From positions 42,821 to 106,820 of the forward strand of contig JAZDJN010000042.1 of the NCBI GenBank assembly GCA_043803945.1: a stretch of DNA of 64,000 nt, read 5' to 3'. Made by a program: the position numbers and the translations under genes. The first letter of the stretch is position 1. Every line of letters begins with the position of its first letter. Positions 49,480-58,457 of this stretch are shown one piece after another. The notes under the pieces were generated by a model, which worked only from the letters and a program-made list of their open reading frames with translations, was not told the origin of the DNA and searched no databases. Origin of the DNA: a bacterium. Lineage in GTDB: Bacteria > Bacteroidota > Ignavibacteria > UBA10030.

Positions 49480-50333
49480 CAGGAAGGCTCCTCAACTTTT
49501 TTTGAATGTTCCTCGCAGCGGCTGGTGCGGAGTGGAACAATCTCCTCTTCCATATACGTCTTTCGCCGCTGAAGCATTTCGGGCCAGTTGACCTGGTGGC
49601 CGTCGAAGTCAGGTCCGTGCACACACGCAAAACGTGTTGTTCCCCCAACTGACACACGGCACACACCACACATTCCGGTCCCATCGATCATAATCGGATT
49701 CAAGCTCACGACGGTCGATATGCCGAGCGCCAGAGTCGCGTCGGCGCCGCGTTTCATGACAAATGTACATCCATTAATCAGTACGCGATGCACTGGCTCG
49801 TTGAGTCCTTTGATGATTTCGGGTAATCTGCCGACGTGTCCTTTGAGCCCCTTGGTACCGTCGCGCGTTATGTGAAATACTTTGCTGGCAAGCAAGCGAA
49901 AGCGTTCTTCCCAATAGAAGAGATACGAACTGCGCGCTTCAAGAACGACAATGACTTGATTTCCCTGTTCCTTTAATGCACGCACGATCGGATAAATGCT
50001 TCCGATGCCATAACAGCCACCCATGCAGAGAACAGTGCCGTAGTGCTCGATTTCCGCGGCGTTCCCCAATGGTCCTACAACCGTCGGAATAGTTCCGCCT
50101 TCCTCCAGCTTTGAAAGGCGGTTCGTTGTACTGCCGATATTCATGAAGACGATTGTCAGCGTGCCATGGTCGCGATCCCAATCGGAGATGGAGAGTGGAA
50201 TGCGTTCCCCCTCCTCTTCGGCGCGAAGAATGACAAATTGTCCCGGCTTAACGTCCTTGACCACGGCGGGCGCTTCAATCGTAAGCACGTGCATATTTGG
50301 TACAATCATTCTGCTGGCGATGACTCTATACAT
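49479..50333 (-). CDS. nfnA: NfnA/NfnS (SudB, PyrK-like) subunit
   Basis: PGQFVILR..E.GERIPLSI.D, GPLG, LNPIMIDGTGMCGVCRV...FACVHGPDF. Confidence 0.88.
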   Translation of the reverse strand: MYRVIASRMIVPNMHVLTIEAPAVVKDVKPGQFVILRAEEEGERIPLSISDWDRDHGTLTIVFMNIGSTTNRLSKLEEGGTIPTVVGPLGNAAEIEHYGTVLCMGGCYGIGSIYPIVRALKEQGNQVIVVLEARSSYLFYWEERFRLLASKVFHITRDGTKGLKGHVGRLPEIIKGLNEPVHRVLINGCTFVMKRGADATLALGISTVVSLNPIMIDGTGMCGVCRVSVGGTTRFACVHGPDFDGHQVNWPEMLQRRKTYMEEEIVPLRTSRCEEHSKKVEEPS

Positions 50334-52833
50334 TGGCTTTCCTTATGCTGACATGCTGTGGATTTGGTTGGATCGCAGCGCAATCGCGGAGTGAGGCGTG
50401 CAACGTACCGCGTGGTTGATCACGCATAATTTTTACAAACCAGGTTCGTTCGGTGCCGTTAGACGTGACGATAATTGGATCTCCCTGATTGACGCTGATC
50501 TCTTTCGCATCCTCTGGATTAATCTCGGCCATTCCTTCAGTCAGGAGCATCTTCGAACCTTCCACCCAGGCTGAGAGCGGATAGCCGCGATGAGAATGTT
50601 CCACAACTGATATCGAGAATAGGTAGTTGTGATCATCTGCAAGAAGCTTTGATTTTCTCGGACTGTTAGAAGCAAGAATCTGTCCAGAACCAGGAAGCGG
50701 GTGGGCAATCCGAATCTCCTTTTCTGAGTCCTTATACATCCCAATGTTCAATGACATTTCTTCTCTGATTTCCTCGGCAGTGTTGAACTCGAAGCCGTTT
50801 ACACCCATTTTTTTTGCGAGCCTGCAAAGAATTTCCCAATCAGGCAGGGCGTTACCGGGTGGGCTTGTCGCTTTCCTCACGTATTGTATTCGGCCTTCGC
50901 CGTTTATGAACGTGCCGTCAACTTCCGTCGAACCTGCAGAGGGCAGAATAATATCGGGAGTACAATATGGTTCAGGGGGAAAGATGTTTTGGAAAAGAAG
51001 GAAATCAGCAGGAACCTGTTCGTTCGGCGGGAGATCGCCGATGAGGTATAATACCTTCATACGTTTACCGGTCCAAAGCGACCAGGCATTCCATCCGGTT
51101 TCCTTTTGTGGTAATGATGTATTCCAGGAGTTTTCAAGGCAACGCCGGGCGTGTTCGTCTGAAACAGCATTATTGCCAGGGAGAAGTTCGGGATATGCTC
51201 CTGCAATCAGTGAGCCGTACAAATTATTCTGTGCAGGGAGCGGCAAAATGCCTGCCTGAACAAGGTGAGAAAGATTCTCGATCGAATTCAAGATGTCGGC
51301 GCAATCGTCGTACTGGAGAAATTCAGAGCCGATCAGCAGCACTGTCCTGGAGGATTTTTTCAATAAACCGGCCGCCGACTCAATCTGGTTCACCAATACC
51401 GAATTTAATTTTTCAAGATTCGTAGAATCACCTGTTTGCAGTAATTCTACAAGCGTGTGAATGACGATTGATTCCCCGCCGGGATCTGGCTGAATCCAGG
51501 GATTTGCAATAAGACTGAAATTATGATGTCGGGAGTTGATCGATATGATACGGGCTCCACGCTTCACTGCTTTTCGCAAAGCGACACCGACCACAGACCT
51601 TCCGTACCGGGTATCCAATCCGATTGAACAAATAACTGATGCATCGTATACATCAGACAGGGTAACACTTTTTCGCATCAATGAGAGATAGGCGTTGAAG
51701 CCCTGACCGTAAAATATCCGAGCTGATGTATCAATATTATGAGTATGCATGACAGTGCGGGCGAATTTCTGTGCCACATAGAGGTCCTCAGTCGTACAAT
51801 TTGGAGATACCAGCATTGCAAAATCATCCGGCGGACATTCTTTCAGCTGTTCCGCAGCACGATCAAGTGCATGATTCCACGATACCTCAGTCCTTGAGAC
51901 CCCGAATTTTTCATAAGGACTTTTCAACCGCTGATAACTGTTAACAAGTTCGGTGTTGCAGAATCTGCCCTTTACACAGAGTTGACCATTGTTCACGATA
52001 GGATCGTTGAATGGAAGACTCCCGATTAACCGGTTGCCTTTTACAAGCAGCTCAACCTGGCATCCGACACCACAGAAAGAACAGGTCGAAACAACATGCC
52101 GGTCGGGTTGTCCTTCCCACGCGCGGGTCTTTTCACGAAGGGATCCGGTAGGACAGACAGCGACGCATGCACCGCAGAATTCACAACCTGCTTCAAGGTG
52201 TGTACGGTGAAATGCAGGCCCGACAATAGTATTGCGACCGCGATTTTTATACGCGAGCACGTTTGCTACGCGAATTTCCTGACACATGCGCACACAGCGG
52301 CCGCAGAGAATGCAAAGGTTATAATCCCGATCGTAAAATGGATCTTCAGTTTCAACCCTAAGATTGCGATACGAGATCGGATAATTGATTTCCGTAACAT
52401 TGAGAGAGGCGGCAACGGCTTGCAGTTCACACACGCCATCTTTTGGACAGTACCTGCATCCAGTTGTAACACCAGCTTTTCGCACAGTCGACATATACAA
52501 TCGGCACTCGACTTTCTCATCGCACACGAGACAGCTCGATGTATGCTCGCTCAGGAACAACTGCAGGATGTCCATACGCATCTCCTGCAATTGTGCGGTA
52601 TGAGTTCTAATAATCATACCCTCATCAATGGGTGTTGTGCATGCCGTTGGAAAATTGCGCACGCCTTCGACTTCGACAATACACATCCGGCACCCGCCGT
52701 GAGGTGAAAGATCCTGGTGATAACATAATGTCGGAATATAGATGTCGTTTTGCCTCGCGACATCGAGAATGGTTGTGCCCCGCTGGACTGAATATGTTTT
52801 ATTGTCGATCGTAACTGTGATATGCTGGCTCAC
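50326..52833 (-). CDS. HydA/BfuA-like subunit: NuoG-type FeS N-terminus plus Fdh-like body lacking the Mo/W ligand
   Basis: PTLC..CRMC..TAC [2Fe-2S], HxxxCxxC cluster, CILCGRC and CEFCGAC, CSFCGVGC...LCVKG; HNIDTSARIFY where Fdh has NxDxCARxC/UH. Confidence 0.85.
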   Translation of the reverse strand: MSQHITVTIDNKTYSVQRGTTILDVARQNDIYIPTLCYHQDLSPHGGCRMCIVEVEGVRNFPTACTTPIDEGMIIRTHTAQLQEMRMDILQLFLSEHTSSCLVCDEKVECRLYMSTVRKAGVTTGCRYCPKDGVCELQAVAASLNVTEINYPISYRNLRVETEDPFYDRDYNLCILCGRCVRMCQEIRVANVLAYKNRGRNTIVGPAFHRTHLEAGCEFCGACVAVCPTGSLREKTRAWEGQPDRHVVSTCSFCGVGCQVELLVKGNRLIGSLPFNDPIVNNGQLCVKGRFCNTELVNSYQRLKSPYEKFGVSRTEVSWNHALDRAAEQLKECPPDDFAMLVSPNCTTEDLYVAQKFARTVMHTHNIDTSARIFYGQGFNAYLSLMRKSVTLSDVYDASVICSIGLDTRYGRSVVGVALRKAVKRGARIISINSRHHNFSLIANPWIQPDPGGESIVIHTLVELLQTGDSTNLEKLNSVLVNQIESAAGLLKKSSRTVLLIGSEFLQYDDCADILNSIENLSHLVQAGILPLPAQNNLYGSLIAGAYPELLPGNNAVSDEHARRCLENSWNTSLPQKETGWNAWSLWTGKRMKVLYLIGDLPPNEQVPADFLLFQNIFPPEPYCTPDIILPSAGSTEVDGTFINGEGRIQYVRKATSPPGNALPDWEILCRLAKKMGVNGFEFNTAEEIREEMSLNIGMYKDSEKEIRIAHPLPGSGQILASNSPRKSKLLADDHNYLFSISVVEHSHRGYPLSAWVEGSKMLLTEGMAEINPEDAKEISVNQGDPIIVTSNGTERTWFVKIMRDQPRGTLHASLRDCAAIQPNPQHVSIRKANV

Positions 52834-54728
52834 GACGCCCTCCGTTTTGAGGTGCAGAGAACTGCGTTAGCGGCCAGGGTGTGGTAGCGGCAAATTTCAT
52901 AGCACGCCTTACATTTGATACAGCGATCCTGGTCGATCGTGTGTGTTTCTGCTCGTGCGCCTGTAATGGCATTTGTCGGGCAAACCGGTACGCATTGCTG
53001 GCATCCGTTGCACGTTACCGGATTGATGGAGTATTCAACAAGTTCTTTGCAGTATGCCGCCGTGCAGAATTTTTCCTTTGTGTGCTGTAAATATTCTGTA
53101 CGAAAATGTTTCAACGTGGTTAACACGGGATTGGGGGCAGTTTGGCCGAGCCCGCATAACGAAGCGCGCTTGACGGTTTCTGCCAGGTGCTGCAGTCGTG
53201 AAATGTCTTCTGATTGTCCACGACCTGCAGCAATGTCTTCAAGCAGTCGCACCATATGCCAGGTACCGACGCGGCACGGTGAACATTTCCCGCACGATTC
53301 CGCTTGAGTAAAATGGAGGAAGTATAACGCAAGATCCACGGCACATGTCTCTTCATCAACGACAATCATTCCACCCGACCCCATGATCGAGCCTGCATTC
53401 GCCATCGTTTCGTATTCCACGGAAAGGTCGAGATATTCTTCAGACAGGCACCCACCCGAGGGTCCACCTGTTTGCACGGCTTTGAACTTTTTCCAGGACC
53501 CGCCGCCGATATCGAAGATGATATCACGTAATTTAATTCCAAGCGGTACTTCGATCAATCCCGGGCGGCGCACTTTGCCGGTGAGGGAAAATGTTTTTGT
53601 ACCGAAATTTCCTTCAACGCCAAATTGTCTGTACCATGTTGCGCCATTTCGCAGGATATTGGGCAGCGTACCGAGAGTTTCAACATTGTTGATGATCGTC
53701 GGTTTTCCGTTTAATCCGGCAATTGCTGGAAATGGAGGACGTGATCTTGGCATTCCTCTCCGGCCTTCAACCGATGCGATAAGAGCAGTTTCCTCGCCGC
53801 AAACAAAAGCGCCACCTCCTTCTTTAATCGTAATATCGAAATTGAACCTGGAGTTCATTATTGTATTTCCGAGGAGCCCGTATTCATGCATCTGTTTCAT
53901 CGCGATGCGTAAGCGTGCGATGGCAAGATGATAATCGGAACTGATATAGACGTACCCGTGCGATGCGCCAATGGAATATCCTGCAATCAATAATCCTTCT
54001 AAAACGCTATGGGGATCACCTTCGATAAGCGATCGATTCATAAATGCACCCGGATCACCTTCTGAACAATTGCAGATCACATATTTTTGCTCTCCCGGGG
54101 CATTGTTACACACCTGCCATTTTTTGAATGTCGGAAATCCAGCTCCGCCCCGGCCGCGTAATCCCGCTTCCCGCACGATATCAATGATCTCTTTCGATTT
54201 GAGAGCAAGCGCCTTCGCAAGTCCGGTATAGCCATCATTGGCAATGTAGTGGTCGATGTTTTCAGGATCGATAAATCCACAGTTACGAAGTACCAGACGT
54301 ACCTGATGCTTCATCATGGGCATATCGAAGAATCGTGGTATTCCAGCGGTCATTGGATCACCATTTGTCCCGAAATGACCGATGGGATATGCAGAAGCAA
54401 CAGTGCCCTTGAGTAACAGTGATTCGATAATATTCTTTGCCATAGCTGTTGTGACGTTCGCAAAACTGATCCGTGGTCGTCCTGGAAGGGTGATATCCAT
54501 CAACGGTTCCAGATAACATGGACCGATGCATCCAACCTGTATAACGTTTGCCTGCAGAGCATATTGCTTTAGCGCCGCTTCGACGGCTGTGACAACTTCG
54601 AATGCACCGGCTGCTGCACCACATGTTGCAGTACCGATATGAATAATCGGTACACTGCTTGTTTGAAGCTCAGTCCAGACACGACGGGCATGTTCCTGTT
54701 GTGTGATAAAGTTATTCACGGGTTTCAA
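52830..54728 (-). CDS. HydB/BfuB (NuoF-like) FMN/NAD(P)H subunit with N-terminal [2Fe-2S] and C-terminal 2x[4Fe-4S]
   Basis: TCG.AAGA...GCIGPC, GLRGRGGAGFPT, EGDPGAFM, GAFVCGEETAL, ESCGKC.PCR, SLCGLG, two CxxCxxCxxxC. Confidence 0.92.
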   Translation of the reverse strand: MKPVNNFITQQEHARRVWTELQTSSVPIIHIGTATCGAAAGAFEVVTAVEAALKQYALQANVIQVGCIGPCYLEPLMDITLPGRPRISFANVTTAMAKNIIESLLLKGTVASAYPIGHFGTNGDPMTAGIPRFFDMPMMKHQVRLVLRNCGFIDPENIDHYIANDGYTGLAKALALKSKEIIDIVREAGLRGRGGAGFPTFKKWQVCNNAPGEQKYVICNCSEGDPGAFMNRSLIEGDPHSVLEGLLIAGYSIGASHGYVYISSDYHLAIARLRIAMKQMHEYGLLGNTIMNSRFNFDITIKEGGGAFVCGEETALIASVEGRRGMPRSRPPFPAIAGLNGKPTIINNVETLGTLPNILRNGATWYRQFGVEGNFGTKTFSLTGKVRRPGLIEVPLGIKLRDIIFDIGGGSWKKFKAVQTGGPSGGCLSEEYLDLSVEYETMANAGSIMGSGGMIVVDEETCAVDLALYFLHFTQAESCGKCSPCRVGTWHMVRLLEDIAAGRGQSEDISRLQHLAETVKRASLCGLGQTAPNPVLTTLKHFRTEYLQHTKEKFCTAAYCKELVEYSINPVTCNGCQQCVPVCPTNAITGARAETHTIDQDRCIKCKACYEICRYHTLAANAVLCTSKRRAS

Positions 54729-55203
54729 GGATCTCCTTCAATCCGGTGACCATGGTGCGGGCGTAGAGAATTTTATTGACCTGTACAACCGGTGCAAGAG
54801 CACAGCAGCCGAGGCAGTTAACGCGCTGAAAATCAAATCGTTTATCCCTGGTCGTCTGTCCGATTCTGATTCCCAGATGCCAGCCAGCCATATCGCCGAG
54901 ATGTTTGCCGCCGTGTACGTGGCACGCGGTACCCATACAAACCTTAATTGATTTGGCACCAGGTTCATCGAAGCGAAACTTGGCAAAGAATGATGCAACT
55001 CCGAAAATGTAATTCTCAGATAGTTTCAGGAACTGTGAAATTCGTTGGATCGATTCTTCGGACAGGTATCCAAAATGCTCCTGCAGGCGGACGAGGATGG
55101 AGATCAGTTCTCCCTCCGAGCCATGGAACTCACGGAAGATTTCTGCATACACATCGTCAGTCATGGAGGGTGTAACCGTTGCTGAATTACTGGATGATGT
55201 CAT
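54712..55203 (-). CDS. HydC/BfuC (NuoE-like) [2Fe-2S] subunit
   Basis: LQEHFGYL, GVASF, VCMGTACH, NCLGCCALAP; start could be 55164. Confidence 0.9.
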   Translation of the reverse strand: MTSSSNSATVTPSMTDDVYAEIFREFHGSEGELISILVRLQEHFGYLSEESIQRISQFLKLSENYIFGVASFFAKFRFDEPGAKSIKVCMGTACHVHGGKHLGDMAGWHLGIRIGQTTRDKRFDFQRVNCLGCCALAPVVQVNKILYARTMVTGLKEILETRE

Positions 55204-56478
55204 TTAAGGTTTCTCATTAGTGGAAGACGATAAAAAATGGTAGCAATCGATGAGTGTAACACTTCCGCGGACAAAATCCTCAGCGAACGCAAGGCATGTT
55301 GGTGATCCGCAGCATCCGCAGTCGATTTGTGGGAGTTTCTGAAACACGCGTTCACGTTCTTTCATTCGTTTAATCGATGTTTCGAGGTCGGTATCGAAAT
55401 ATCGGGTAGGACGGGGAAGGATCGGAAACTCCATTGAAAAATGTCCCTCTTTCAATTGTCGCTCGACCTCGATATCGTTCGTTGGAATGTGTTTTTCATA
55501 CTTCTCGTCCTGGCGAATACTGTTTGCACGCGCAAGGTATGGATTCTCGACGTTATACGGTCCACCGACGCATCCAAGCATATGCGCTGTTACCTCGATA
55601 AAGGAAATGTTACGCAACCGGGAGTTTTCAATGTCGTCGAGGATTTTGACGACGTTTTCAAGTCCAGAGACGTTCAGCCAATTCTCTTTGTTAGCGAAGC
55701 GTGTCAGGCTTCCCGTTGTTACCCACTCGGAATTGAAGGCAAAATCATCCGGCACCATTCGCTCGTCGAATTCCTTGTTGATCACAGGTACGAGATGTAC
55801 GAGAATTGAATAGACATCTTTCACCGAAACGACGCCATCGAACCAGGATTTATTTTTTTCTGCCGGCTGTTTGACCGATACAACTTTTGCAGGGCATGTT
55901 GCCATATAAAACAGACCGATCTCTTCAGCAGGGATATTCAGTTTTTGAGGAAATCCTTTCCGTATTTCGCGTGCAGTAATCTCCCGTGGCACCTCCAATG
56001 GTACAATCAATTCCACCAGGTCGGGGTATTTCACCTGGATGAGACGTACGATGCAGGGACAGTACGATGATATCAATGGAAGCCGGCCTTTATAATCGCG
56101 AAGGTAGAGTTCAAGTGCGCGGGAGAGAGCTATCGACGATATCGTAACATCCACAACCTCATCAAATCCTATCCGCTTAAGTGCCATGTGAATTACATAA
56201 GGATGAATGCGCGGTTCGAACTGCGCATAGAGGACTGGCGAGGGAACCATCACTTTGTATTGAAAGCGGGAAATGCCATTTAAAATATCGCTTGTAGCAA
56301 CAACGGCGCCCTCGGGACACGCCTCGATGCAGTTACCGCAATCGACGCAGAGCTCATCGGAGATAATCGCTTTTCCATTCCGTACTCGAATGGCCTGTGT
56401 GGGACATCGGCGCATGCATGAGCGATGACCTTTGCACTTGGATGTGTCCACATGATGTGCATGGAAATACTGAGCCAA
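55204..56478 (-). CDS. [FeFe]-hydrogenase-like (group C/D, sensory-type) Fe-S protein with degenerate H-cluster motifs
   Basis: N-terminal ferredoxin motifs, P1 ISSYCP, P2 TCPAK, P3 EVTAHMLGCVGG, C-terminal LPQIDCGCCGSPTC; TTG start with AAGGAGG RBS. Confidence 0.82.
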   Translation of the reverse strand: MAQYFHAHHVDTSKCKGHRSCMRRCPTQAIRVRNGKAIISDELCVDCGNCIEACPEGAVVATSDILNGISRFQYKVMVPSPVLYAQFEPRIHPYVIHMALKRIGFDEVVDVTISSIALSRALELYLRDYKGRLPLISSYCPCIVRLIQVKYPDLVELIVPLEVPREITAREIRKGFPQKLNIPAEEIGLFYMATCPAKVVSVKQPAEKNKSWFDGVVSVKDVYSILVHLVPVINKEFDERMVPDDFAFNSEWVTTGSLTRFANKENWLNVSGLENVVKILDDIENSRLRNISFIEVTAHMLGCVGGPYNVENPYLARANSIRQDEKYEKHIPTNDIEVERQLKEGHFSMEFPILPRPTRYFDTDLETSIKRMKERERVFQKLPQIDCGCCGSPTCLAFAEDFVRGSVTLIDCYHFLSSSTNEKP

Positions 56479-56506
56479 GAGACCCTCCTTGATGAGGAGA
56501 ATATTC

Positions 56507-57316
56507 CTACTGGTTCCGTACTATAATGAATTTCATCTGTACGACTGTGCCTTTGCCAACCTCGCTTTGAATACTTAATTCGTCTGAATTCTTCTTAATG
56601 TTCGGCAAGCCCATTCCCGATCCGAAGCCCATCGCACGCTGTTCTTCTGTCGCTGTTGTGTAGCCTTCTTGCATGGCTTCCTCAATATTGGGGATGCCTT
56701 TTCCTTCATCATCGATGACAATGTCAATGGATTTTGGTGTTACTGCAAGCAAAACCTTTGCACGTCGAGCGTGCATAATGACATTCATTTCTCCCTCGTA
56801 TGTCGAAATGGCAACTCTGCGTACAATCGCCGGATCGACGCCAATTTTTTTCAGGATGGATTTAACGTCGGTGGAAACCATGCCGGCTTTTGCGAACTCG
56901 CTTCCCTCAATTGAAAATTGTGTATTCAGGAGAATCGCTTCGCTTGCTGTACTCCCCGATTGTGGTGTGGTCTTCGGTGTGATTCCATGCTGAAGGGCTT
57001 CAATCCGAATACAGGCATCGTACATATCCAGGTTTGTTTTCATCAGCACGATCATATGGTCTCTGGCGAAACGTTCTGCGCCATCTTTTGAATTCTTTCC
57101 CCGTATGAGAACAACCGCTTTAAACTCTGCCATATGCGCCGAAATCACAGATTGCTGGGTGGCAAGACCTGTGAGCAAAATGGAATTCGGTTTTCCGAAT
57201 GCCAGCACATCACTCATCAGATCCGATGCATAGATATGCTCAATGTCCGAATTCAACAGATCCTCTCGTGCCAATACAGTAGCATTCAAAGCGGTTTTAA
57301 TTTCTTGAATGGTCAC
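56507..57316 (-). CDS. DRTGG domain fused to RsbT/anti-sigma-type Ser/Thr kinase
   Basis: ASDLMSDVL..., then EGEMNVIMHA, DEGKGI, GYTTA, GFGSGMGLPNIK. Confidence 0.85.
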   Translation of the reverse strand: MTIQEIKTALNATVLAREDLLNSDIEHIYASDLMSDVLAFGKPNSILLTGLATQQSVISAHMAEFKAVVLIRGKNSKDGAERFARDHMIVLMKTNLDMYDACIRIEALQHGITPKTTPQSGSTASEAILLNTQFSIEGSEFAKAGMVSTDVKSILKKIGVDPAIVRRVAISTYEGEMNVIMHARRAKVLLAVTPKSIDIVIDDEGKGIPNIEEAMQEGYTTATEEQRAMGFGSGMGLPNIKKNSDELSIQSEVGKGTVVQMKFIIVRNQ

Positions 57317-57423
57317 GCATCAATTCCGATTATGCAAAATGAATAAAGGACAACACCGACAGTATCCTCCACGCGGTACCACCATCACAGAGATATCCCC
57401 CTGTAGGCGCATTGTCCGTTGTG

Positions 57424-57759
57424 CTATCGAGTTGCCAGCCCCAGATTGTATAACTTTCCGACAAGATCGAAGGTCATCAAATTACTTGTTAGAAGTGCAA
57501 TGTGATGCCTTGTGGCAAGTTCGATTGTTTCGAGAGGGACAATTTTTCCATTCGAAACAATAACCGCCGACACATCGACAAGATTTGCAGCGGGAATGAT
57601 ATTCTTATGTGTTTGAACCGTGATCCAGAGATTGCCCGATTTGGCTCCAGCCATTACATCGCTTAACATATCGGAGATAAAAACTCCGGTGATCTCCCGA
57701 TGCTCAAATTGGCTGAGTGCCTGCAAATCGAGATTTTCAATCAACTCTTTTGTTGTCAT
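57424..57759 (-). CDS. Stand-alone DRTGG/HPr-kinase-N-like domain protein
   Basis: SDMLSDVMA, WITVQTH.N, typical of hydrogenase-operon regulators. Confidence 0.82.
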   Translation of the reverse strand: MTTKELIENLDLQALSQFEHREITGVFISDMLSDVMAGAKSGNLWITVQTHKNIIPAANLVDVSAVIVSNGKIVPLETIELATRHHIALLTSNLMTFDLVGKLYNLGLATR

Positions 57760-57794
57760 AGGTAGGTTCCGTCGTCATTGGATTCGCATTTGGA

Positions 57795-58337
57795 TTATAA
57801 GAGTTGTTTCCTTTCTGCCGGTGCTTCAAGCGACAGCATACCAACGTCATGGATAAATTCACCGCGGCACAGGGAAATCGTTTCTATCAAATGAAATGGA
57901 AGGATTTGTATTGTCGACCGTGAGGTATCTCTTCGCTGATTGAAATAGTCGGATAAGATTTGAAGACGGTTTTCGGAAATGGGTTTTAATAATGTTTCAG
58001 GGATATAGCCGAATGCCACAAGAATCCAAATTCGTTGTGCCTCAAGTTGCTTGCGGATTTTCTCGACCTTGCATTCCTCCATGCACGATGTGCAATAGAG
58101 CAAGCCGAGAAGATCATCGAATCGCTCTATGTGTTCGCAGGCACTGCATTGAAGATCGAATCGTGCCGTCTGCGCATTCTCAACGATACCCCAAAGGCAT
58201 TCGCCTTCACGGTATTCATCCCATGTATCCTGGAGGGAAAAATATGTCCGTATGTTTTGACAATGGGTACACTTTTCAAAAACTGTGAAACCGAACTGAA
58301 CATTGAACATCTGCCAGGTATGTTGACAGTCTGCCAT
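57795..58337 (-). CDS. Cys-rich hypothetical protein (putative metal binding)
   Basis: CQH, CTHC, CSAC, CTSCMEEC motifs; first gene behind the promoter; start set at MADCQH. Confidence 0.65.
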   Translation of the reverse strand: MADCQHTWQMFNVQFGFTVFEKCTHCQNIRTYFSLQDTWDEYREGECLWGIVENAQTARFDLQCSACEHIERFDDLLGLLYCTSCMEECKVEKIRKQLEAQRIWILVAFGYIPETLLKPISENRLQILSDYFNQRRDTSRSTIQILPFHLIETISLCRGEFIHDVGMLSLEAPAERKQLL

Positions 58338-58408
58338 ATGTGCCCATTCGATAGGGTGGGTGGTCAGTACAATGTGCATTGTTATTGCACACCGAAACAT
58401 AACGAAAC

Positions 58409-58437
58409 ACTGTAAGTCATTAAGTTCAAAAAGTCAA
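58409..58437 (-). promoter_or_regulatory. Sigma70-like promoter of the redox operon
   Basis: TTGACT-N17-TACAGT. Confidence 0.6.
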
Positions 58438-58457
58438 GAGTCGAACGCTGGAAAAGG

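Noticed and set aside
50326-55203. Complex I nuoEFG or formate dehydrogenase
   Set aside because: No other nuo genes are present, the B subunit has HydB-type extra clusters, and the A subunit lacks the Mo/W ligand.
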